Notes: a model not told the origin generated them from the sequence alone. A DNA stretch of 64,000 bases from Eledone cirrhosa (GCA_964016885.1 OZ024751.1:14632001-14696000); one strand, 5' to 3'. Positions 40,160-54,481 are shown, numbered from the stretch's first letter. Numbers and translations are program-made.

Positions 40160-41012
40160 AGCACCTTTTTGAATTCCACGTGTCTAACACCCGTGGGTAT
40201 GCCTACAAAGTCAGAAAACAGCACAGCTCCCATGACTTTCAGAAACATTTTTTCACACTCAGAGTTGCTGAAGCATGGAACAAACTACCTGCATCAGTTG
40301 TTAGCTGTCGAGACACTGCATCCTTTAAAACCTCCATGGAACAAACTACCTGCATCAGTTGTTAGCTGTCGAGACACTGCATCCTTTAAAACCTCCATGG
40401 AACAAACTACCTGCATCAGTTGTTAGCTGTCGAAACACTGCATCCTTTAAAACCTCCATGGAACAAACTACCTGCATCAGTTGTTAGCTGTCGAAACACT
40501 GCATCCTTTAAAACCTCCATGGAACAAACTACCTGCATCAGTTGTTAGCTGTCGAAACACTGCATCCTTTAAAACCTCCATGGAACAAACTACCTGCACC
40601 AGTTGTTAGCTGTCGAGACACTGTATCCTTTAAAACCTCCATGGAACAAACTATTTGCATCAGTTGTTAGCTGTCGAAACACTGCATCCTTTAAAACCTC
40701 CATGGAACAAACTACCTGCATCAGTTGTTAGCTGTCGAGACACTGCATCCTTTAAAACCTCCATGGAACAAACTACTTGCATCAGTTGTTAGCTGTCGAG
40801 ACACTGTATCCTTTAAAACCTCCATGCTTCCTCAAATTCGCCAACACTACACCTGATCCTGACCCCCCCCCATTCACACGCACACATGTATATCATGACT
40901 TATTCACTGTTCATTTTCCTGACATTTGTACATTATTTTATGTACTATACATGCACCTTTGATGAGTTGTAGTGCACCTGAGCACTGTACACTATAATTT
41001 CATTATTATTAT
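40160..41012 (+). mobile_element. CR1/L2-group LINE 3' end with an internal 9x61-bp tandem amplification
   Basis: TRGYAYKVRKQHSSHDFQKHFFTLRVAEAWNKLPASVV..ASFK matches the CR1-type TRGH..FFxxRV..WNxLP C-terminus; ends in (ATT)n. Confidence 0.85.
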
Positions 41013-41981
41013 TAAACAGTTGAATTAACAAACCTGTTTATTTAGATATTTATTGCTAAATAATTGCAGGATATTAAGAGTTAAATTAATGTGTTAGTAA
41101 ACATCATGTATAAGTAGCCAATCTCTCAAACTTTTACAAAGTGCTGAGAGGATAAAGTTATTGTAAAGAGTGGTATGCTCATGTGTAGAGATGCTATAAA
41201 ATAGCTTATAAAATAGGGTGTCCCTAAACCCTTTAGCATTTGGGAATACTCAGACATAAACACAATATTACAAGTAATCAATTTCATTTATAGAACAACT
41301 AGAATGTTCATCATAGAAACAGACGGAGGACCATTTGCTAATAACCAATTAACAGTAAAATTATCAACAATTTCACAGCATTACTACATGACCATCAATA
41401 CTAGTTTTACATTAGTCACACTAAGAGGGTGTTGTAGTTTGCTTGAAACATGGTGTATGTGTATAAAGAAGAATGTTATTCACTCAGAGTTAGTACTTTT
41501 GTTATTTGGAGGGTCGCTATTTTTTTCCTTTAAATAACAAAAGCACAAACTCTGAACCAGTTTCTTATTACAGTCTCCTGACAAAGGGTTTTAGACCCAA
41601 AATATTAGGACAGATAAATAAAATAACAGGTATCGCATCAACATCTGCATTGCCTTCAATTTATTCCGAAATCTACTGTCCATTTTGTATTGTCATAGCT
41701 TTTGAATAACATACTTCTCTAAATATAGAATTTTAATTATAATAAAGCAGACTGTCTAAGCTTCTTTCTATTATATTTGATTGCTCAAGCTACAAACTAA
41801 ACTATATTTACTTACAATATTGACTGTTTTCATGTACAAATGAAATATAAGATTCTTAATCTCTTTGTTCACTGTTGAGTCTGGCTGGTTTGTATAGTGA
41901 CTAACTTGGTCACAATATCAATACAACAGCATTAACAGGTTGTAAGAGATGAGGTGGGGTGGTAAGATATACCATTGTGAC

Positions 41982-42028
<47 letters not shown>

Positions 42029-42186
42029 CATACACACACACATATATGTAGGTATATTGGGGTTCAATGTGAGCAAGCTAATAATAGATGTAATACAGTG
42101 GTGGCTAATGAAATGGGAGTCATGTTGGGAAGGGAAGAAAAAAAGACAGACAGTCGAATTAGTTGGATCAATTGTTATAAAGAATG

Positions 42187-42241
<55 letters not shown>

Positions 42242-42524
42242 TGGATTATCTATAACGATAACTTGTTATCCCATATATATATATATAAATGTATGTATGT
42301 ATAACAGATGTAGGATAGTTAAACAGAGATTCAATAGAAACTTGATTGAGATGTATAGTATGGTAAGAGACTTTGAAGAAGAAAGTTAGAAAACAATTAT
42401 ATGGAGATTTCTGAATATAAACATATATATATATAATTTCTGAATGCACCTGAATACACACACACACACACCTATATATATATATATATATATAAAATCA
42501 TCATTTAATGTCTATTTTTCTATG

Positions 42525-42570
<46 letters not shown>

Positions 42571-42678
42571 GGTTAAACAAGGTTCAATGAATAAATCAAT
42601 AAATAAAGTTTAACTAATTCACTGCCATAACTGAATTTTAACCATCAACATAGTCAAGGTATGTCAAGCATCAACTTA

Positions 42679-42740
42679 TTTTATCTGATGAGGACGTACT
42701 GTTGAAATAGCTCAGTACTTCTGAAATATGTATAATAAAA
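42679..42740 (+). ncRNA. Hammerhead ribozyme, family A variant
   Basis: ttttat-CTGATGA-ggacgtactg..cagtacttct-GAAA-tatgta-TA-ataaaa. Confidence 0.8.
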
Positions 42741-42889
42741 TATACTTGATCACATGAATGTCTATATTTGTTAATATTTTGAATATATATATAAATATAA
42801 ATATATACCCATGCTAGCGTGGAAGATGGACGTTAAACAAAGATGATGATGATGATATAAAATCATCATTTAATGTCTATTTTCCCATG

Positions 42890-42936
<47 letters not shown>

Positions 42937-43079
42937 AGTATATGTTGGTTGTATACCAACACCTCGGTATGCAGATTGGAGCACTCGACGAAGTGCGCAG
43001 GTTGGTTTGGTTACTCCGGAGTAATGTAAAATAAAATAAAATAAATAAGTCAAATGTTTAAAATTTGGCTTCGTTTATT

Positions 43080-43134
43080 ACTGCTATATATATTTCGGTG
43101 ACAGCCATCTTTGGCTGTGACCTCTTCAGGCAGT
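43080..43134 (-). ncRNA. Hammerhead ribozyme, family C (left arm of palindrome)
   Basis: Exact reverse complement of 43376-43430. Confidence 0.88.
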
Positions 43135-43375
43135 CCGAATTAGTGTGGTAGAAACGAGTACACCTGTTGTTGAGGTGTATAACTTTGTCAATACTCTGAT
43201 ATGCCCAGTTCCTGGTTGGGTTGTTATTTCACTGAGGAACTGGAATCATATATACATGATATGATTCCAGTTCCTCAGTGAAATAACAACCCAACCAGGA
43301 ACTGGGCATATCAGAGTATTGACAAAGTTATACACCTCAACAACAGGTGTACTCGTTTCTACCACACTAATTCGG

Positions 43376-43430
43376 ACTGCCTGAAGAGGTCACAGCCAAA
43401 GATGGCTGTCACCGAAATATATATAGCAGT
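43376..43430 (+). ncRNA. Hammerhead ribozyme, family C (right arm of palindrome)
   Basis: actgc-CTGAAGA-ggtcacagcca-aaga-tggctgtcacc-GAAA-tatata-TA-gcagt; predicted cleavage after 43425. Confidence 0.88.
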
Positions 43431-43467
43431 AATAAACGAAGCCAAATTTTGAACATTTGACTTATTT

Positions 43468-43506
<39 letters not shown>

Positions 43507-44044
43507 CTGAATGCATCTGAACACACATATATCATCATCATCATTTAACATCAATCAGTAAGGCAGGATTTTCAATTCTGAAAATCAGTAAACAAAAAAA
43601 ATGCATGTAAATATATTCATATACACACACACATAAATATATATATATATATATATACAAACACACATAGTTCCCATTCATATACACACACAAAGTTCCC
43701 ATTCATACACACATTCACATATAGTCCCTATACATAGAACGAACACACACACACACACAAACCAATGGTTTGGTATATTAAACAGATTTTTCTATCTTTT
43801 CAAAATTTCAGTTTTAATTAATCTAAATCTCATTTTGCTAATTGGTGTAATAATTAAGTTTAATTTTCAACTAAGACCAATGCCTGGTTAAATACTAATT
43901 GGATGTGAACAATAGGAATTATTCTGTAATGTTTAGAGAAGTTAATTTTCTTCAGAACTGATAAATATAGTTCTTTAAAAAATGGTAAAACTTTTCTCCA
44001 TACACTCAAAAATATATATTATATATATACAGATAGATAGATAG

Positions 44045-44499
44045 ACAGATAGATATGTTTCTTTATTAGCCACAGGGGCAGAAAAGAAGGGGACAAATAC
44101 AAAGGGGGAAGTTTACATACAATAAAAACGTGTAAAATATTACCACAAATGTAATTTAAAAGTTAATCGATTTTCCTCAATAGGGGGAGACATTTCATAT
44201 GGGTAACACATACCCCCGAAAAAATGTGCAACCCTCATCTCCAGGAGTACAAAGAGTTTCTACCCCTTTCCTAGACAGACAGACAGACAGAGAGAGAGAC
44301 AGATATCTAGACAGATGGACAAGATAGATATGTTTCTTTATTAGCCACAAGGGCACAAAAGAAAGGGACACGTACAATGGGGGAAGTTTACATTCAATAA
44401 AAACGTGTACAACAATATCACAGATGAAAATTAAAGAAAAACAATCGATTTTCCCCAATAGGGGGGGGGGGGCATTAACTATGGGTGACACATAACCCC

Positions 44500-44500
<1 letters not shown>
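44045..44500. repeat. Two diverged copies of about 170 bp, each preceded by (GATA/GACA)n; probable minus-strand retroelement 3' ends
   Basis: agatatgtttctttattagccaca..gggggaagtttacat..aataaaaacgtg x2. Confidence 0.7.
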
Positions 44501-44533
<33 letters not shown>

Positions 44534-44894
44534 GCAGAAAGACACATGGATAAATAAACAAACAGGCAGCGCTAGATATACATACAGATTGTGTGTGTGT
44601 GTGTGTGTGTATGTGTGTGTATGTGTGTGTGTGTGTGTGTGTGTAATCACTAGAAACCAGCAGATGTTGAATAGTTTAAGAAAACTCAATATATACAGCA
44701 TGTAGTATTTACCAACAAACACACAGATATATATATATAAACACACACAGATACATATATATATACATATATATAAACACACACACACACAGATACATAT
44801 ATACATATATATATAGACACACACAGATACACACATCTTTAACTGGCTGCTTAAAATATCTGCCATATCTCTAATGTAATACATCACACACACA

Positions 44895-45650
44895 CTACCA
44901 TATGTATGCATGTATGTGTGTGCTTGTGTATATGTATGTATGTATATGCTTGTGTATATATATGTATGTATATGCTTGTGTATATATATGTATGTATATG
45001 CTTGTGTATATATATGTATGTATATGCTTGTGTATATGTATATGCTTGTGTATATGTATGTGCTTGTGTATATATATGTATGTATATGCTTGTGTATATG
45101 CATGTATGTATATGCTTGTGTATATGTATGTATATGCTTGTGTATATATATGTATGTATATGCTTGTGTATATGTATATGCTTGTGTATATGTATGTGCT
45201 TGTGTATATATATGTATGTATATGCTTGTGTATATGCATGTATGTATATGCTTGTGTGTATGTATGTATATGCTTGTGTATGTATATGCTTGTGTATGTA
45301 TGTATGTATGTATGTATATGCTTGTGTATGTATGTATGTATATGCTTGTGTATATATATGTATGTATATGCTTGTGTATATATATGTATGTATATGCTTG
45401 TGTATATGTATGTATATGCTTGTGTATATGTATGTATATGCTTGTGTATATGTATGTATGTATATGCTTGTGTATATATATGTATGTATATGCCTGTGTA
45501 TATGTATGTATGTATATGCTTGTGTATGTATATGCTTGTGTATATGTATGTATGTATATGCTTGTGTATATGTATGTATGTATATGCTTGTGTATCTATA
45601 TGTATGTGTTTGTGTATATGTATGTATATGCTTGTGTATATGTTGTATAT
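44895..45650. repeat. TATG-derived minisatellite
   Basis: tatgtatatgcttgtgta. Confidence 0.92.
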
Positions 45651-45934
45651 ACACACACAAGCCTCTCTCTCATATATAACAACAACAAAACAAACACATT
45701 ACAATAAGAAATATATTAGTTTAATGCTTGATATAGTAGGAAACTTGTTTGACCCGAATTACTTGGTCGTTTCTATGGCTGTGCGGATAATGGTTTAACC
45801 ATCGTCTCAGTGTGTTTGGCCTTTTAACGTATGTTGTAGCTCTGGTTCGTTAGAATTATTGAGCGCTTGCCACATATCTCGGAAGTTGTTTTTTGCTAAT
45901 TTCCAAAGCCGAAATACGATTCTCGCTAATTTAA

Positions 45935-45969
<35 letters not shown>

Positions 45970-46450
45970 TATTTATTTATTTATGTTCATACACAGAACA
46001 AAAGCGTAACCAAAGGTTTCATTCAGGGCCCAATATTGACCATATATGCATACACTTGATAGATCTTTGTAGCAGAATCTGTTTACCAATTAGCCAATTA
46101 GGCTGTTGACCAAAAGGTTAGTGGTTCAAGCTGACACAGGTAAACAGTGCTGTACAGGTGTGGTTAAAAAATGTTTTATTCTGAAACCATATAGTTTCAA
46201 GTTTCATCCTGTGGCGTGACAGTCTGACTAATGTTTTGTGAAGGAAATTTGGGAGACAAAAAATAACAGGTGTATTAAAACATTGTATGACTAGAATCTT
46301 AAGATATTGTATAAACAAAAGTTTTAAGACTTTGTAAGACTTGCATGGGTCAGACTATATATCATCATCATTTTATGTCCACTTTTCCCTGCTTGCAAGG
46401 GTGGGACGGGAACTGTATATATACATATACATAATGTTTGATATAGAAAT

Positions 46451-46501
46451 GGCTTCTACAGGACTAGAACTGTTTCATTTGAAGGAAATCATCAGGAAGC
46501 C
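46451..46501 (-). ncRNA. Hammerhead ribozyme, family D
   Basis: Reverse complement: ggcttc-CTGATGA-tttccttcaaat-GAAA-cag-ttctagtc-ctg-TA-gaagcc; stem I extends about 25 bp; stem II weak. Confidence 0.7.
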
Positions 46502-46619
46502 ATTTCTATATTAAACATTACTTACTCTACTATGTATTGAGTACCTTACTTACTGTGGTTACCCCCGATTGAACTCAAGATACACACATATATATATATA
46601 TATGGGTGTGTGTGTATAA

Positions 46620-46984
46620 GAGTGCCGACCTTACCCAATTACACCTCTCAAAGGCGATGATGACACACGACCGTGACCTCTGGCGTCATGCAGTAATACA
46701 GAAGACCCCGATCCCCCACGGGTACAAGTCAAAGCTGAAGCATATAGACAATATGCCCCCACACCCTCCCACTGTAAAGTGGACGTGTAGGCGCCATGGA
46801 AAAAAAACCACCCAGCACTCACTGTAGATGAGGTTGGTGTTAGGAAGGGCATCCAGCTGTAGAAATCAAGCCAGAATCAGTCCCGTATGAGCAAGACAAG
46901 GTCAGCCGACCGGACACTGCCCACAACAGGACAACCTGTCTAACCCATGCTAGTGTGGAAGAACGGACGTAAAACTGTGATGAT
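46620..46984 (+). mobile_element. RTE-clade LINE 3' end (ORF C-terminus plus 3' UTR)
   Basis: ADLTQLHLSKAMMTHDRDLWRHAVIQKT (DR..WR motif) followed by ..GGAAGGGCATCCAGC..CCCATGCTAG..GGACGTAAAAC(TGA)n; similar copy at 30245-30633. Confidence 0.65.
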
Positions 46985-47019
46985 ATATGTATTCAGACAT
47001 CTCCATATAATTGCTTTCT

Positions 47020-48200
47020 ACCTTTGTAAGACTAGAGTCTTAAGACAATGAAAGACAATAACAGGAGTCTTAAGACAATGAAAGACAATAACAGGAGTAT
47101 TAAGACATTGAAAGACAATAACAGGAGTCTTAAGACATTGTAAGGCTAGAGTCTTAAGACAATGAAAGACAATAACAGGAGTATTAAGACATTGTAAGAC
47201 TAGAGTCTTAAGACAATGAAAGACAATAACAGGAGTATTAAGACATTGTAAGACTAGAGTCTTAAGACAATGAAAGACAATAACAGGAGTCTTAAGACAT
47301 TGTAAGACTAGAGTCTTAAGACAATGAAAGACAATAACAGGAGTCTTAAGACAATGAAAGACAATAACAGGAGTCTTAAGACATTGTAAGACAATAACAG
47401 GAGTCTTAAGACATTGTAAGACAATAACAGGAGTCTTAAGACATTGTAAGACAATAACAGGAGTCTTAAGACATTGTAAGACTAGAGTCTTAAGACAATG
47501 AAAGACAATAACGAGTCTTAAGACAATGAAAGACAATAACAGGAGTCTTAAGACATTGTAAGACAATAACAGGAGTCTTAAGACATTGTAAGACAATAAC
47601 AGGAGTCTTAAGACATTGTAAGACAATAACAGGAGTCTTAAGACATTGTAAGGCTAGAGTCTTAAGACAATGAAAGACAATAACAGGAGTATTAAGACAT
47701 TGTAAGACTAGAGTCTTAAGACAATGAAAGACAATAACAGGAGTATTAAGACATTGAAAGACAATAACAGGAGTCTTAAGACATTGTAAGACAATAACAG
47801 GAGTCTTAAGACATTGTAAGGCTAGAGTCTTAAGACAATGAAAGACAATAACAGGAGTATTAAGACATTGTAAGACTAGAGTCTTAAGACAATGAAAGAC
47901 AATAACAGGAGTATTAAGACATTGTAAGACTAGAGTCTTAAGACAATGAAAGACAATAACAGGAGTCTTAAGACATTGTAAGACTAGAGTCTTAAGACAA
48001 TGATGAAAGACAATAACAGGAGTATTAAGACATTGAAAGACAATAACAGGAGTCTTAAGACATTGTAAGACTAGAGTCTTAAGACAATGAAAGACAATAA
48101 CAGGAGTATTAAGACATTGTAAGACTAGAGTCTTAAGACAATGAAAGACAATAACAGGAGTATTAAGACATTGAAAGACAATAACAGGAGTATTAAGACA
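47020..48200. repeat. 30/24-bp mixed minisatellite
   Basis: taagacaatgaaagacaataacaggagtct and taagacattgtaagactagagtct. Confidence 0.95.
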
Positions 48201-49336
48201 CCACCAAAATATGTCGTCTCTGCCAAAGTGATTCTCTTCAACAACTACTACTCTTAGCCGCCTCCATTAGCTTGGTCACTTTAACACTACCACATGTTTA
48301 CCACATGGTGCAAAAACCATGACACTACCACATGACACCACATCCCACACCAACAAACTACAACACACTACCACCACAACCAACCATCACATCAACTCAC
48401 CACCACCACTCTACACCACCACCACCACCACCACTCTACACCAACCACCACCACTCCAACCACACCATACACCATAAATTCTCTGCAATATATCAGTAAC
48501 AGTAAGAATTCAGGATATTCAAAACAATTGTGTGAATGTCACGTTACACAAAGGAGACTGAGTGAGGTTGTTTTATGTATATGTTTACACACACACAGAC
48601 AAATATAAATATATACATATATACACACACATCACATATATATACACACACACATCATAGATATACACACACACATATTACTATCACACCAACAATACAC
48701 TCTCCTATGTTATGTATATATACATACACACACATAACACACACATACTACAATCACACCAATAGTACACACTATCATACATACACACACACATCACACA
48801 CTACCATCACACCAACAGTACACACTATCTTATACACACACACACTACCATCATACCAACAGTACACACTATCCTACACACACACTACCATCACACCAAA
48901 AGTACACACTATCACACACACACACTACCATCACACCAAAAGTACACACTATCACACACACACACTACCATCACACCAACAGTACACACTATCATACACA
49001 CACACACATACTACCATCACACCAACAGTACACACTATCATACACACACACACACACACACACGTACTACCATCACACCAACAGTACACACTATCATACA
49101 CACACACACTACCATCACACCAACAGTATACACTATCCTATCCATTATGAACATTTTTCATGAAACATAAAGCCAAGAATGGTTTACTATCATTCCATGT
49201 TTTTCTCTGTTAAACAGTTCTGCCAAAGCAAGGTATGGTGTGAACAATCCTGGCCAGACTTGTTGCTCGAAACAGACAACCTATCTGACCCATGCAAGCA
49301 TGGAAAAATGGACGTTAAACAGTAATGATATATACA

Positions 49337-49383
<47 letters not shown>

Positions 49384-49724
49384 GGAGGCACATGGCTTAG
49401 TGGTTAGAGCATTGGCCTTGCAATCGAAAGGTTGTGAGTTCAATTCTCAGACCGGGTGATGTGTTGTTTCCTTGAGCAAGACACTTTATTTCACATTGCT
49501 CCAGTTTACTCAGCTGTAGAAATAAGATGATAGGGACTGGGGTCCATATCATTCCACTGCAAAGTGGTCGTGGAGGTGCTACGGCAAAAAAGCACCCAGC
49601 ACTCACTGTAAATGAGGTTGGTGTTAGGAAGGGCATCCAGCTGTAGAAATCAAGCCAGAATTAGTTCCCGTCCCACCCTTGCAAGCAGGGAAAAAGCGGA
49701 CGTAAAATGAAATGATGATGATGA
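49384..49724 (+). mobile_element. SINE S1, full length
   Basis: ggaggcacatggcttagtggttagagc...cggacgtaaaatgaaatgatgatg, flanked by (TA)n. Confidence 0.92.
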
Positions 49725-50106
49725 TATATATATATATATATATAAACATTGTCTTAAAAATCTTTTACCCGACTGGCATGCCGTTATTGACAGCATTTGG
49801 GTTTTTAACAGCTATTCTTATGTTGAGTTTTCTAATTATTTCTATGAACGAATATATATACATATATACACACACACAGACACACATTATATATATCATC
49901 ATCATCTTCATCTTCGTTTAACATCCATCTTCCACGCTAGCATGGGTTAGATGGGAGTTGTCCCACTTGAGGCAAGGCTGGTCGGGTGACCGTGTCTCGC
50001 TCATATAGAACTATCTGGCAGGTTTTCTACGGCTGGATGCCCTTCCTAACACCAACCACATTTATAGTGTGGAACTGGGAACATTTTACTGTGTTACCTA
50101 TATATA

Positions 50107-50230
50107 TAACAAAGGAGTTGTGGTAAGGAACCAGATGGACCATAACGCACCAGAGTACTCAATACTTATAGTCCAGAAATAGCCGTCGAAACGGCTTGAG
50201 CTCTGCCGTCGGAGCCATACTGTCTCCTAT
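50107..50230. mobile_element. Family E element, inverted chimera of tail (-) and hammerhead 3' half (+)
   Basis: GAAA-cggc-ttgagctct-gccg-TC; tail matches 35455-35520. Confidence 0.55.
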
Positions 50231-50247
50231 ATATATATATATGTCTG

Positions 50248-50314
<67 letters not shown>

Positions 50315-50413
50315 TCATCATCATCATCAGGTTTAGCGTCCGTGTTCCACGCTTGCATGGGTTTGGACGTGGGGTTTTCCCACTTGAGGCAAGAGTGGTT
50401 GTCTTGCTCGCAC

Positions 50414-50615
50414 AGGACTGTCTGTTATATATATATAAAGACAAAAAGCATAGGACTGTCTGTTATATATATATAAAGACAAAAAGCATAGGACTGTCTG
50501 TTATATATATATAAAGACAAAAAGCATAGGACTGTCTGTTATATATATATAAAGACAAAAAGCATAGGACTGTCTGTTATATATATATAAAGACAATATA
50601 TATAAAGACAAAAAG
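50414..50615. repeat. 38-bp tandem repeat x5 at the junction of two divergent RTE tails
   Basis: aggactgtctgttatatatatataaagacaaaaagcat. Confidence 0.9.
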
Positions 50616-50897
50616 CACCCAACCTACAAAGTAAATGTGGTTGGCATTAGGAAGGGCATCCAGCTATAGAAATAAAGCTAGAAACAGTCCTATATGAGCA
50701 AGACGCTGACCCACCTTGCCTAAAATTGGACAACCTGTCTAACCAATGCTGGCATGGAAAGTGGATGTTAAATGATGATGATTATATATATATATATATT
50801 GAACATTGATATATTGACTAATCAATAACAGTTATGTAACTCCATAGTATTAACCTTGTCAAAACATCCATTTCGCCATCTTAATTAGGTAGAATAT

Positions 50898-50931
<34 letters not shown>

Positions 50932-51002
50932 GACTGTGTGTGTGTACAGACCAATTCTATCCAGTGGTGAATCACCAAATGTAAATGAATGTGTGTGTGT
51001 GT

Positions 51003-51060
<58 letters not shown>

Positions 51061-51574
51061 ATTGCAGCTTTTTTTCATGAAAAGATGTGAAAATCAGAGC
51101 TGGATTTACCATTGTGCTAAGGTATACTTAAGCACAGGACCCCCGTTGGCCAGGAGGGTGTGGGGGAATCTTCCTGCCAACAAATCTTTTTACCCTCTTT
51201 AGGGCCCAAGTAAGGGACCTCATAATTTAATTAACACAGGGCCTCTATTGTCGTAAATCCAGCACAGGTGAAATCCAACATGCCACCTATCTATTGGACC
51301 CTCAAAACTTCAATTCAAAATATATTGTAGAAAGAAATTGAATGTAAAATGGAGTCTGACCTTATACACAAGTATATATGGTATAAGAGGGTATCCAGTT
51401 TAGAATAGATACACCATACCCCTGCTTGTTGTAAGAACAACTTCTAAACTTACACACAACCTTATACACAGATTACATCAGATGTTATCTCCACCATTAC
51501 CCTAAACCAAAAGCAGATTCAGCTTGCATAGGGATCCCAGGCTGAAAATTTCATCAAGGGCCTTGTGTCCACTC

Positions 51575-52075
51575 AGTCCACCCAGTAAAGTGGTAGTACT
51601 GGTGCCCCAAAAAAATTCCCAGTACATAGTTTAAAGTAGTAGTGCTGGTGCTATGACAAAAACTACCCAGCCCACCCTGTAATGTTGTAATACTTGTGTC
51701 CAGAAAAAATGTTCTCAGTTCATACTGTAAAGTAGTTGTGCTGGTGTCGCAACAAAACACACCCAATAAACAGTGTAAAGTGGTAGTGCTGGTGTCAATA
51801 AAAGGCTCCCAGTCCACCCTGTAAGGTGGTAGTGCTGGTGTCACAACAAAATACACCCAGTAAACGTTATAAGGTGGTAGAGCAGGTGTCACAATAAAAC
51901 ACACCCTGTAAACAGTGTAAGGTGGTAGTGCTGGTGTCACAAAATACATCCAGTAAAGTAGTAGTGCTGGTATCACAATAGAAGGCTCCCAGTCCACCCT
52001 GTAAGGTGATAGTGCTGGTGTCACAACAAAACACACCCCGTAAATGCAGTAAGGTGATTGGTGTTAGGAAGGACA
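51575..52075 (+). repeat. Diverged tandem repeat of about 42 bp derived from the RTE/SINE 3' region
   Basis: cccagtccaccctgtaaggtggtagtgctggtgtcacaa, ending in gattggtgttaggaagg. Confidence 0.7.
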
Positions 52076-52689
52076 AAATGAAGTGCGTGAGCAGAACTTA
52101 ATCACCTGACCAGTCAGGCCTCAGTACCAGGCAATCTTTACTTGAGTCCATATAAATATTGTGGTACACCAGCTCTACCACCTTACAGTGTATACTGGGT
52201 GTGTTTTGTTGTGACACCAGCACATAGTCTTCAACAAACCCTGACCCTCAAAAAGCCCTCACTCCCAACAATATAAACTTATCAGTGACACACGAGAGAA
52301 ATAAGAGTTACATAGAACAACTCCGCATCGTTCACAACACACAAACCACCACACGCATCACACTACACTACACTACACAACAGTACCACACACATCACAC
52401 TACACACCACCACCACACACCACCACACTCAACACACCACCACACACAACACACCACCACACACAACACACCACCACACACAACACACCACCACACCACC
52501 ACACACAACACACCACCACACACTACACACCACTGCACTCATAAAAACATTAAAGTATAATAATTGACAAACGTAGTAGAAGAAAGTCTTCGTTTGGTCA
52601 ACAGGAAGTACAATAGAAGCTGAACAAACAACAATATATCATATATTAGATCTATTATGGATTATATGAGATATGGTAGAGTCCCTCTC

Positions 52690-53485
52690 CCACCTACTAT
52701 AGTTATACCACACCATACAACTACTATACCACACCATACTACTACTATAGTTATACCACACCATACTACAACTACTATACCACACCATACTACTACTACT
52801 ACTATAGTTATACCACACCATACTACAACTACTATACCACACCATACTACTACTACTACTATAGTTATACCACACCATACTACAACTACTATACCACACC
52901 ATACTACTACTACTATAGTTATACCACACCATACCACAACTACTATACCACACCATACTACTACTACTACTATAGTTATACCACACCATACTACTACTAC
53001 TACTATAGTTATACCACACCATACTACAACTACTACACCACACCATACTACTACTACACCACACCATACTACTACTACTATAGTTATACCACACCATACT
53101 ACTACTACTATAGTTATACCACACCATACTACAACTACTATACCACACCATACTACTACACCACACCATACTACTACTACTACACCACACCATACTACTA
53201 CTACTACACCACACCATACTACTACTATACCACACCATACTACTACTACTACTATAGTTATACCACACCATACTACTACTACTATAGTTATACCACACCA
53301 TACAACTACTACTACTATAGTTATACCATACCATATAACTACTACTACTACTAGTGTTATTACTACTACCACCACTACTATAGATTATACCACACCACAT
53401 TACTACTACTGTTACTACTACTACCACCACTACTATAGATTATACCACATCGTATTACTACTACTACTACTACTATTCTTACTAG

Positions 53486-53517
<32 letters not shown>

Positions 53518-53682
53518 TTCTTACTAGTACTACTACTACTACTATTCTTACTAGTACTACTACTACTACTATTACAGTAGCTGTCAGTTCAGTCCATTAT
53601 AGTACAATGTTGGACTCTCTGGCCTATGTTGAGATGTTAATTACAGACCACTTAGTAGTAGTAGTAGTGGTAGTGGTGATAA

Positions 53683-53719
<37 letters not shown>

Positions 53720-53805
53720 GATAGCAGTAGCAATATTAGTAGTAGTAATAGCAACAGTAGCAGTAAAAGTGGTAGTAGTAGTAGTTGTAGTAGTAGTAGT
53801 AGTAA
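52690..53805. repeat. (ACT)n-based minisatellite followed by an inverted (TAG)n tract
   Basis: actatagttataccacaccatact; (CTA)n then (TAG)n. Confidence 0.9.
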
Positions 53806-53961
53806 CATTAGCAAATGTAGCTGATATGGTTTCCAAATTGAAGGAGTCTGTTTTTGAGAAGAAATTTAATGAGAAGCAAGAATTGAAGTGATGAAAGAGA
53901 GAAGATGGCTTGTCATGGGGAGAGAGAGAGAGACTTAGAGATATAGTAAGAGAGAGAGGGG

Positions 53962-54000
<39 letters not shown>

Positions 54001-54151
54001 GGTGAGAGAGAGAGAGGGAGATGTGACTGGTGTTCTTGGTTGGTGCAGCTGAAATCAGCAGAGGTGAATCAATATATAACAGCTTGCAGAGAGAAACAAC
54101 ATCTAAGATTAACAACACACAAACACCACGTACATATATAGATATATATAT

Positions 54152-54184
<33 letters not shown>

Positions 54185-54481
54185 CATACACACATACATA
54201 TATATATGTATATATATATATATAGTGCTTTCTCTTTAGTACATCAATAGTCAAGATTAGCAACACACACATGACACTCTCTCTATATATACACACACAC
54301 ATACATACACACACACACACACACACATGCATATAGAGATATATAGTGCTCTTTCTCTCTAGTACATCAATAGCCAAGATAAACACTATATATATATATA
54401 TATATATACACACACAGATACAGACAGATATACATTGTTCTCCCTCCCTAGTACAATAGCAAAGATTAACAACACACATCT

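Noticed and set aside
49384-49455. tRNA-like sequence with A and B boxes
   Set aside because: It is the head of SINE S1; no proper acceptor stem and it continues into the CORE segment.
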